DNA of 22,255 nt. Origin: Deferribacterota bacterium (GTDB taxonomy: Bacteria; Chrysiogenota; Deferribacteres; Deferribacterales; UBA228). Below the pieces are notes generated by a model. That model did no database searches, was not told the origin of the DNA, and saw only the letters and a list, made by a program, of their open reading frames with translations. Both the position numbers and the translations under genes were made by a program. Each line of letters begins with the position of its first letter. The stretch's first letter is position 1. Shown piece by piece: positions 8,131-14,837 of this stretch. The stretch lies in assembly GCA_034189185.1 (NCBI GenBank), contig JAXHVM010000014.1, positions 1-22,255 of the forward strand, written 5' to 3'.

Positions 8131-8967
8131 ATGGAGTTAAAGATAACTATATTATGTGAAAATAGCGTTATACTTCCCTTTGGATTAATTGGTGAGCACG
8201 GTTTTGCTGCTTATGTAGAATATGGTGATAGGGTATTTCTCTTTGATACAGCCCAAGGCAAAGGCTTACTAAATAATAGTAGGTTATTAAAAAAAGACCT
8301 TAAAAATATTGAATTTTTATATTTATCCCATGGCCACTACGACCATACACTTGGCATCCCCGATCTACTTAGTATAAAATCGCCACTTACTATATATGCC
8401 CATCCAGATATATTTAAAGATAGGGTTTGGATAATTAACAATAAGAAAAAATTTATAGGTATGCCCTTTAAAAAGGACTATTTAGAGGGCTTAGGTGCAG
8501 AATTTTCACTGTCAAAAAAATTTACTCAAATAGATGAGGGTATCTACTCATCAGGTGAAATAGTAAGGAAAACATCCTTTGAAAAAATTGATGCAGGTAT
8601 GAAAATAATTGATGATAATAACAATCTAGTAGATGATAACATACTTGATGACTACTCCCTTGCAATTAATACGAGCAAAGGACTTGTAATTATTTTAGGA
8701 TGTGCTCACTCTGGCATAATAAATATTATTAACCATTTTGTAGAAAAGACCGGCACAAATGACATATATGCTGTTTTAGGTGGAACCCATTTAGGTTTTG
8801 CAAGTGATCTGCAAATAGAAGAAACTATCAAAACTATTGAAAAATACAATATTAAAAAACTTGGTGCATCCCACTGCACAGGACTTGAGGTAGCAGCTAA
8901 ATTATATAATAAATTAAAGGATAGATTTTTCTTTGCCTCTGTAGGAGGGACTTTAGAAGTAAATTGA
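8131..8967 (+). CDS. MBL-fold metallo-hydrolase.
   Basis: It has the HxHxDH motif (LSHGHYDHT), with a later His (GCAHSG) and Asp. The ATG at 8131 is preferred, with a GGGGG RBS at 8121..8125. The track's alternative start is a TTG at 8119. Confidence 0.8.
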   Translation: MELKITILCENSVILPFGLIGEHGFAAYVEYGDRVFLFDTAQGKGLLNNSRLLKKDLKNIEFLYLSHGHYDHTLGIPDLLSIKSPLTIYAHPDIFKDRVWIINNKKKFIGMPFKKDYLEGLGAEFSLSKKFTQIDEGIYSSGEIVRKTSFEKIDAGMKIIDDNNNLVDDNILDDYSLAINTSKGLVIILGCAHSGIINIINHFVEKTGTNDIYAVLGGTHLGFASDLQIEETIKTIEKYNIKKLGASHCTGLEVAAKLYNKLKDRFFFASVGGTLEVN

Positions 8968-9590
8968 GGGCTTACAGAAGAAAATTCTACAATCTTTTTT
9001 CAATAATCTATGATAGTTTTGTTGCACTACATTCAAAAGACAAGGGTCAAGAAGCTAGAAAAGCATTAGCAGATTTGATAGATCCCAAAAAAGATAAAAT
9101 AATAGTAGATATATGCACAGGAACAGGCACACTTCTTCTCTATTTAGCTGATAAGTCAAGAGAAAGTAGGGTAATTGGAATTGATTTTTCAAGGGGAATG
9201 CTAAAAAAAGCAAAAGAAAAAACTAAAAACAAAAATAATATTTATCTCATTGAAGCAGATGTTGCAAATATGCCACTTAAAAATGAGATATGTGACAAAA
9301 TTATATGCTCCCATGCTTTTTATGAATTAAAAGGTATGGACCAAATAAAACTACTAAAAGAAGTGCAGCGAGTAATGAACCCTGAAGGCAATTTTTTAAT
9401 TATGGAACATGAAGTGCCAAAAAACCCATTTATAAAATTCCTCTTTTACATTAGAATATTCTCTATGGGGACAAACACTGCATTCACAATATTAAAAAGA
9501 GAAAAATCCCTTCTAAAAAAATATTTTAGTGATGTATCAAAAAAGCACAGCTATTCATCTAAATCTAAAATATATATCTGTAAAAAATAG
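8964..9590 (+). CDS. Class I SAM-dependent methyltransferase.
   Basis: It has the VDICTGTG motif I and an acidic residue after the second beta strand (GIDFS). Its start overlaps the MBL gene's stop by 4 nt, which suggests translational coupling. The TTG start is uncertain. Confidence 0.7.
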   Translation: MRAYRRKFYNLFSIIYDSFVALHSKDKGQEARKALADLIDPKKDKIIVDICTGTGTLLLYLADKSRESRVIGIDFSRGMLKKAKEKTKNKNNIYLIEADVANMPLKNEICDKIICSHAFYELKGMDQIKLLKEVQRVMNPEGNFLIMEHEVPKNPFIKFLFYIRIFSMGTNTAFTILKREKSLLKKYFSDVSKKHSYSSKSKIYICKK

Positions 9591-9612
9591 CTTACATCAT
9601 CTTTAATCTTAT

Positions 9613-10407
9613 CTATTTTAGCTCCAAACACACAGCTGCATTCTCAAACACTTGAAATGTTAAGGTCTCAAGGAAATATAAGCTTATATGTTTATCATTA
9701 TGACTATCATAACCAATTGATAAATCCTGCCCAAAATTTAAGATAAAATCACCACCCCTCTCTGATAAGAAAAAAACATCCTTTATATGAGGGGATACTA
9801 CAATCTTACCATCAATAGTATTCTTAACAGATTTGAGAAGTGGATAACCTTTACCATGGCTAACTATAAATTTCCATACCTCTGGTGATACTACTAATGA
9901 ATAGGGACCACCAATCCCTAGATAAACCAACTTTCCTTTTGCATCTACAATTGATTTTAATAAACTTTCTGCATCTAACGATAATGTAATAGTATCACTA
10001 ACATTCTTCTTTAAACCATCGACGTTTGCTTTCTTCATCCCGTAATATACTATCTCATCTTCTAGTTTAGATATCACACGAGCTGCCTCAATAAGTGGTG
10101 CCAAATCAGGATTTTTACACCCTCTATCTATACTATCTATCTCTTGCCTATCTAATTTGAAATATGTTTTTAGCTCTATTAATGGCTGAACATCAAAAAT
10201 TGAACATACTGTATTTTCATTGCTTTTTTCATCTAACTTTTTTAGTCTCCCCGTATTTATGACCCCAAAATCTAAACCCTTAGGCTCTTTAACATCAACT
10301 AATCTCCTTGCTGTTAGATAATTTGAAAAAGCATCCTTTGCTTGACTGAATAATTCCTTCCATGCTTTATCGCTAATTGGTGCTAATTCTTGTCTTAATA
10401 TGTTCAT
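9613..10407 (-). CDS. Family 1 encapsulin nanocompartment shell protein (HK97 fold).
   Basis: The 264-aa protein aligns by eye along its full length to T. maritima-type encapsulin (..PLIELKTYF.LD..E..ERGGDF.L..GQDLSIGY..ETLTFQV..). It has a GAGAGGT RBS. Confidence 0.9.
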   Translation of the reverse strand: MNILRQELAPISDKAWKELFSQAKDAFSNYLTARRLVDVKEPKGLDFGVINTGRLKKLDEKSNENTVCSIFDVQPLIELKTYFKLDRQEIDSIDRGCKNPDLAPLIEAARVISKLEDEIVYYGMKKANVDGLKKNVSDTITLSLDAESLLKSIVDAKGKLVYLGIGGPYSLVVSPEVWKFIVSHGKGYPLLKSVKNTIDGKIVVSPHIKDVFFLSERGGDFILNFGQDLSIGYDSHNDKHISLYFLETLTFQVFENAAVCLELK

Positions 10408-10429
10408 TTATTACCTCTCTCTCTTATTT

Positions 10430-10783
10430 TTATTTTAATTTTCCAATATTTAGACTACTATTTGGTTTATAGCTACTTTCTTCACTTGATGCCTCATTTC
10501 CTTCTATTGAGACTATATCTTCCTTTGTAAATAGATAAGTTTTCAAAGCTTCATCCCAAAAGCCCATATTTCTTCTAAGCCATTCAATTGCCATTACTGC
10601 ATGTTCAATCTCCTCATCCCTGTGATGTTCTAACATCCTTCTTAAACCTTCATCTTTGCAGACATCAACCCTTTGTTGGTACCAATTTACCGCTTCGACC
10701 TCTTCCTTTAGCGTATTTAATGCCCTAACAATATTTCTTGTTTCTTCGGATAACTCTTCAGTTGGTTCATGATAATCTGACAT
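10430..10783 (-). CDS. Encapsulated ferritin-like cargo protein (EncFtn) with a C-terminal encapsulin targeting peptide.
   Basis: It has the ferritin-like ExxH motifs (RRMLEHHRDEEIEHAVMAIEWLRR) and a flexible acidic/Ser-rich tail ending in SLNIGKLK, which matches the encapsulin cargo-loading peptide consensus. It lies 22 bp upstream of the shell gene on the same strand. Confidence 0.85.
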   Translation of the reverse strand: MSDYHEPTEELSEETRNIVRALNTLKEEVEAVNWYQQRVDVCKDEGLRRMLEHHRDEEIEHAVMAIEWLRRNMGFWDEALKTYLFTKEDIVSIEGNEASSEESSYKPNSSLNIGKLK

Positions 10784-10853
10784 ATATTCACCTCAATATA
10801 TTTATTTTTGTTATAATTATATATTAAAATATAAATTCTACAATAGTAAAATA

Positions 10854-10876
10854 GAAAGGCCTTTCAAAGGCCTTTC
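10854..10876 (-). terminator. Stem-loop (GAAAGGCC ... GGCCTTTC) downstream of the peroxiredoxin copy A stop. It may be a bidirectional terminator.
   Basis: An 8-11 bp perfect inverted repeat spans 10854..10876, with an A/T run on either side. It lies between the prx-A stop at 10908 and the EncFtn promoter region. Confidence 0.5.
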
Positions 10877-10907
10877 TATAATTATTTTATAAATTGTTAA
10901 AATAACG

Positions 10908-11630
10908 CTAATAAAGTGTTGAATAAGTAGGATTCCACACCTTCCATACATTACCTTCTAAATCTTCACTTGGGGTTAGGGTTATTTTGCCTGGCAACCA
11001 ACCAGCAGGCAATACCTCTCCTGTCTCTTTATTGTATTGTAATGCTTTAACCTGTCTAATTGTCTCATCTATATTTCTACCAACAGGTGGTGTTAAAACC
11101 TCCATAGCCCTTACTATACCATCGGGATCTATTATAAACCTACCTCTAATATCAACCTTACCTTCTTCATCATAAACATTATACAATCTCCCAATGCTAC
11201 CACCTGGATCAGAAAGCATAGGAAATTTTACTCCCCCTTCAATCATTTTCTTTAATTCTTTTTCTTGCCATTCTTGATGAGATTCAACAGAATTTACACT
11301 AACACTTAAAACCTCTACATTTAAAGATTTCAAAATATTGTATTTGGCAGCAACTGCTGTCAATTCGGTTGGTCAAACAAATGTAAAATCACCTGGATAG
11401 AAACACAATAGCACCCATTTGCCCTTATAATCAGAAAGGGAAACCCTTTTAAATTCACCATCGTGAAAGGCATCTGCAGTAAAATCTGGAGCAGGCTTAT
11501 CAACTTTAACAATATTCACATTATCTGAGCCAACACCGCTATTTTGCGCAAAAAGCTTGCCATCTACAACAAAAAGTCCCACTAATAAAATAGCTAAAAA
11601 TAGGCAATATTTACCTAATAGCCTACACAT
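10908..11630 (-). CDS. Peroxiredoxin copy A (AhpC/TSA family) with an N-terminal signal or anchor segment and an in-frame TGA at the peroxidatic Cys position. It is a candidate selenocysteine peroxiredoxin. The alternative is a nonsense-disrupted pseudogene.
   Basis: Track ORFs 11373..11630 and 10908..11363 are one frame separated only by TGA at 11375..11373. The translation reads ..[14 protein letters not shown]-[TGA][11 protein letters not shown]... The paralogue reads ..FYPRDFGIVCPTELTALAAKY... The frame is intact through to the shared C-terminus NPTYSTLY. It has its own AGGAGGTGA RBS and promoter. Confidence 0.55.
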
Positions 11631-11656
11631 ATATCACCTCCTATGCTTTTATTAAA

Positions 11657-11684
11657 ATTCTAACATAGATAAAATAATTGTCAA
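11657..11684 (-). promoter_or_regulatory. Candidate promoter for prx copy A (TTGACA-16-TAGAAT on the minus strand).
   Basis: The minus-strand TTGACA lies at 11684..11679 and TAGAAT at 11662..11657, about 20 nt upstream of the RBS and ATG at 11630. Confidence 0.4.
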
Positions 11685-11837
11685 CATAAGTTAATAATTA
11701 TTTTAAAAATAATTATAAACAAAAACTAAATAAAGATAATCTTCTTCAATATAGAATAGATAACCAACTGTACGTGCATAACACTTGATATTTATGAACT
11801 TATGATATAATATACAACCTGTTTTATTGGAAAGCTT

Positions 11838-11888
11838 ACGAAATTTAATGTAAATGCAATTGTAAAAAGCAGGGATGTCCAATCAAAT
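11838..11888 (+). pseudogene. Orphan 5' fragment of the thioesterase-like gene at the duplication junction. This is the first 51 nt of the gene, with ATG changed to ACG.
   Basis: The fragment ACGAAATTTAATGTAAATGCAATTGTAAAAAGCAGGGATGTCCAATCAAAT matches 12981..13031 except for the start codon. The duplicated promoter at about 11775..11810 is retained upstream of it. Confidence 0.6.
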
Positions 11889-11892
11889 TAAA

Positions 11893-11955
11893 GTATTTTA
11901 TGCTCTAACAATATTTCTTGTTTTATCTAATAATTCTTCAGTTAGCTCATAACAA
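11893..11955 (-). pseudogene. Orphan 5' fragment of the EncFtn gene (codons ~3-20) at the duplication junction. The start codon and RBS have been deleted.
   Basis: The sequence 11893..11955 is homologous to 10713..10775 (..CTAACAATATTTCTTGTTT..CTTCAGTT..). A ~30-bp deletion removes the ATG and RBS. Confidence 0.55.
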
Positions 11956-11984
11956 TCAAACACAAATTCTACAATATTAAAGTA

Positions 11985-12006
11985 GAAAGGCCTTGCAAAG
12001 ACCTTT
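11985..12006 (-). terminator. Degenerate copy of the terminator hairpin, downstream of prx copy B.
   Basis: The sequence GAAAGGCCttgcaaaGACCTTT forms a stem with one mismatch. Its position is the same as the hairpin in unit A. Confidence 0.4.
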
Positions 12007-12028
12007 AAATTAATAATTTAATATAATA

Positions 12029-12778
12029 TTAGTAAAGCGTTGAATAAGTTGGATTCCATTCCTTCCATACATTACCTTCTAATTCATCACTTGGGGTTAG
12101 GGTTGTTTTACCAGGTACCCAACCATCTGGCAGAACTTCTCCTGTCTCCTCATTATGTTGTAAAGCTTTTATCCGTCTAATAGTCTCATTTATATATCTA
12201 CCGGCTTGCGGTGTTAAAACATCCATTGCTCTTACTATACCATCGGGGTCTATTATAAAACTAGCTTTCAAATCAACTTTGCCTATAGATTTGCCCATAA
12301 CAACCAAACCTTCTTCATCATAAACATTATACAATCTCCCAATGCTACCATCGGGATCAGAAAGCATAGGAAATTTTACTCCCCCTTCAATCATTTTCTT
12401 TAATTCTTTTTCTTGCCATTCTTGATGGGATTCAACAGAATTTACACTAACACTTAAAACCTCTACATTTAAAGATTTCAAAATATTGTATTTGGCAGCA
12501 AGTGCTGTCAATTCTGTTGGGCAGACTATCCCAAAATCACGTGGATAGAAATGTAAAAGTACCCATTTGCCCCTATAATCAGATAATGAGACCTTTTTAA
12601 ATTCACCATCGTGAAAGGCATCTGCAGTAAAATCAGGAGCAGGCTTATCAACTTTAACAATATTCACATTATCTGAGCCAACACCGCTATTTTGCGCAAA
12701 AAGCTTGCCATCTACAACAAAAAGTCCCACTAATAAAATAGCTAAAAATAGGCAATATGTGCCTATACATTTGTTCAT
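12029..12778 (-). CDS. Peroxiredoxin copy B (AhpC/TSA family), Cys-containing, with an N-terminal hydrophobic signal or anchor. It has no C-terminal resolving Cys.
   Basis: It has FYPRDFGIVCPTEL with the peroxidatic Cys present. Where typical 2-Cys Prx has the resolving EVCP Cys, the C-terminus reads EVLPDGW. Relative to copy A it carries a 27-nt in-frame insertion (LVVMGKSIG). It has an AGGAGGTGA RBS. Confidence 0.85.
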   Translation of the reverse strand: MNKCIGTYCLFLAILLVGLFVVDGKLFAQNSGVGSDNVNIVKVDKPAPDFTADAFHDGEFKKVSLSDYRGKWVLLHFYPRDFGIVCPTELTALAAKYNILKSLNVEVLSVSVNSVESHQEWQEKELKKMIEGGVKFPMLSDPDGSIGRLYNVYDEEGLVVMGKSIGKVDLKASFIIDPDGIVRAMDVLTPQAGRYINETIRRIKALQHNEETGEVLPDGWVPGKTTLTPSDELEGNVWKEWNPTYSTLY

Positions 12779-12804
12779 ATATCACCTCCTAAATCGAGGA
12801 TGGT

Positions 12805-12832
12805 ATTGTAACACAGATAAAATTATTTTCAA
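12805..12832 (-). promoter_or_regulatory. Candidate promoter for prx copy B (TTGAAA-16-TACAAT on the minus strand).
   Basis: The minus-strand TTGAAA lies at 12832..12827 and TACAAT at 12810..12805. The position is the same as the prx-A promoter. Confidence 0.4.
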
Positions 12833-12927
12833 CATAAGTTAATAATTATTTTAAAAATAATTATAAGCACACTCTACATAAAATATATTCTCATCAATAT
12901 GGAGAGCTTGTTATATGATTATATTCC

Positions 12928-12956
12928 TTGATAATTATGAACTTATGATATAATAT
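12928..12956 (+). promoter_or_regulatory. Candidate promoter for the thioesterase-like gene (TTGATA ... TATAAT).
   Basis: TTGATA at 12928..12933 and TATAAT at 12949..12954, giving a 15-nt spacer. The alternative -10, TAATAT, gives a 17-nt spacer. A duplicate of this promoter exists at about 11775..11810. Confidence 0.3.
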
Positions 12957-12980
12957 ACAACCTGTTTTATTGGAAAGCTT

Positions 12981-13709
12981 ATGAAATTTAATGTAAATGC
13001 AATTGTAAAAAGCAGGGATGTCCAATCAAATGGCTATATTAGATTTCCCCATTTAGTTAGAATATTTCAGAATTCAGCATTTAAACACTCGGATTATCTT
13101 GGCTTAACACAAGATATACTTCTGAAAAATAGACTAGCATGGGTTTTATATTCAATGTATGTTAAAGTATATAATTATCCTAAATTAAATGACAATTTAT
13201 CAATAACAACATGGGTGGATAGCAAGCAAAAAATATTAATAAAGCGAGATTATCAAGTGACAAATAATAATACACCTATTTTAGATGCAACCTCCTCTTG
13301 GGTATTGTTTAATTTAGATAAAAGGCAAGCTATGTTTATCCCTGACAATATTTACTATATCTATGAACCTGAATATGAAAATATCTTATCCAAAGAAGAA
13401 AATAAATTGCCTTTTTATAATAATATTAATTATAATTACTATTATGAATTTACAATACGTCACATGGATTTAGATTCTAATGATCATGTAAATAATATTA
13501 CATATATAGATTTTATCTATACAGCAGTTTATAGAATGCTAAAAAAACCTGTATATATAAAAACGTTAAATATTATATATAAAAAAGAGATAACTTTAGA
13601 TGTCGAGAAAGTAAACATTCAATTAAATAACGATTCAGAGCAATTTAATTTTAAAATTGTTAATGACAACAACCTCTATTCCTATGGATTTTTACAACTA
13701 TATAAATAG
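12981..13709 (+). CDS. Acyl-ACP thioesterase-like protein with a double hotdog fold.
   Basis: The 242-aa protein has a C-terminal hotdog region with LDSNDHVNNITYIDFI (D..HVNN..Y) and an N-terminal ..NGYIRF..L..FQ..A..H region that resembles FatA/B-type thioesterases. Family assignment is from memory. Confidence 0.55.
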   Translation: MKFNVNAIVKSRDVQSNGYIRFPHLVRIFQNSAFKHSDYLGLTQDILLKNRLAWVLYSMYVKVYNYPKLNDNLSITTWVDSKQKILIKRDYQVTNNNTPILDATSSWVLFNLDKRQAMFIPDNIYYIYEPEYENILSKEENKLPFYNNINYNYYYEFTIRHMDLDSNDHVNNITYIDFIYTAVYRMLKKPVYIKTLNIIYKKEITLDVEKVNIQLNNDSEQFNFKIVNDNNLYSYGFLQLYK

Positions 13710-14832
13710 AATAAAGTTGTTTATAATAAAAAACTTTAAGTGCATAATAATATTTTCTTGTGCTTTTCTTTATCTGATTTGGCTTCCACCTTTTACAAAT
13801 AACCTAAAAGCAGCGTATATAAAAGATCTAATGAATAGAAGAATAGAATTGCCAGAAAAAATAGAAAACATCATAGCAATAGGGCCAGGCACCTTAAGAT
13901 TATTAGCTTATATGGATACTTTTACATTTATAAGAGGGGTTGAGGCAATAGAAAAGGACAAATCAATGATATATAAGAGGCCCTATGCGCTTGCAAATTT
14001 TAACTATATAAAAAAGCTGCCCATAATAGGTAATGGTGGCCCTGGTATATTACCTAATTTTGAGAAGATTATTTCACTAAAATGTGATATAATCTTTGCT
14101 ACATCCTATTCCCTCAATCAAATAGAGCTCATACAGAAAAAAACAAATATCCCAGTAGTTAGTCTTAGTTATGGTAATACTAATGATATAATAAATAATG
14201 AAATAGAAAAATCTCTTAAATTAATTGGGCTGATTTTAAATAAAGAAAATAGGGCTAAACATATAATAGATTATATTAATAAAACTATTAGAGAACTTAA
14301 AAGTAGAACATTAAATAATAAATCTAGAAATATTAAAGCTTATATTGGAGGTCTTGGTTTTAAGGGCAGCCATGGTTTTACCGGCTCAACCTCATCCTTT
14401 CCACCCTTTGAAATATTAAACATTACAAATATATTATCTACTAATAATATATTTAAAGGATCTAATTTTCTAATATTAGATAAAGAAGCCATCCTCTTAC
14501 TTAATCCAGATTATATATATTTTGATTCAAATGGGATAGATATTATAAAAGATAATCTAAAAAAAGATCCCACTTATTTTAAGTTGCTCAAAGCTGTAAA
14601 AAACAAAAATGTATATATGTTACTTCCTTATAACAATTATAATACAAATATAGAAAATGCACTTATAAATACCTATTATATTGGAATAACAGCCTATCCA
14701 GAATTATTCAAAGATATTAATATAGAAAAAAAAGCAGATAAAATATATAAATTCTTTCTAAGTAAACAATTGTATAATAAAATAAAAAACTATAACCTAA
14801 CACTAAAACAATTTTCAGCAATAAATAAATAA
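13684..14832 (+). CDS. ABC transporter periplasmic substrate-binding protein (iron-chelate / B12 / heme type, TroA/FecB-like). It is probably a lipoprotein or anchored by its signal peptide.
   Basis: An N-terminal hydrophobic segment (IIIFSCAFLYLIW) is followed by a class III PBP-like sequence (IIAIGPGTLRLLAYM..). Its genomic context is the FecCD permease and ATPase genes. The start is ambiguous: ATG at 13684, which overlaps the upstream gene, or TTG at 13717. Confidence 0.65.
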   Translation: MDFYNYINRIKLFIIKNFKCIIIFSCAFLYLIWLPPFTNNLKAAYIKDLMNRRIELPEKIENIIAIGPGTLRLLAYMDTFTFIRGVEAIEKDKSMIYKRPYALANFNYIKKLPIIGNGGPGILPNFEKIISLKCDIIFATSYSLNQIELIQKKTNIPVVSLSYGNTNDIINNEIEKSLKLIGLILNKENRAKHIIDYINKTIRELKSRTLNNKSRNIKAYIGGLGFKGSHGFTGSTSSFPPFEILNITNILSTNNIFKGSNFLILDKEAILLLNPDYIYFDSNGIDIIKDNLKKDPTYFKLLKAVKNKNVYMLLPYNNYNTNIENALINTYYIGITAYPELFKDINIEKKADKIYKFFLSKQLYNKIKNYNLTLKQFSAINK

Positions 14833-14837
14833 AATAA

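Larger units (their letters stand above)
10713..13031. repeat. Diverged tandem segmental duplication. Copy A spans ~10713..11888 and copy B ~11893..13031. Each copy carries a peroxiredoxin gene with its promoter and terminator hairpin.
   Basis: Aligning the two units by eye shows near-identical blocks (for example 11195..11340 against 12335..12480) interspersed with ~85%-identity blocks. The left end lies inside the EncFtn 5' coding region, and the right end inside the first 51 nt of the thioesterase-like gene. Confidence 0.8.

Noticed and set aside
7926-8159. 77-aa ORF (MKIIFIIIFLFLILLL...) in the AT-rich region upstream of the MBL gene.
   Set aside because: It is extremely low-complexity Ile/Leu/Phe, driven by AT-rich promoter DNA. 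It has no RBS, and it overlaps the better-supported MBL start with its GGGGG RBS. A small membrane peptide cannot be fully excluded.
10908-11630. Interpretation of the TGA-interrupted peroxiredoxin as a plain pseudogene.
   Set aside because: I kept this as the alternative but did not prefer it. The only lesion is a TGA exactly at the catalytic Cys. The frame, promoter, RBS and terminator are intact. The active-site flank is more canonical than in the Cys copy. The single base difference in the downstream hairpin falls in its loop. I cannot confirm the presence of Sec machinery from this window.
10713-13031. The duplication read as a transposon or IS-mediated event.
   Set aside because: There are no terminal inverted repeats, no transposase ORF and no target-site duplications at the unit ends. 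The junction structure fits simple unequal recombination.
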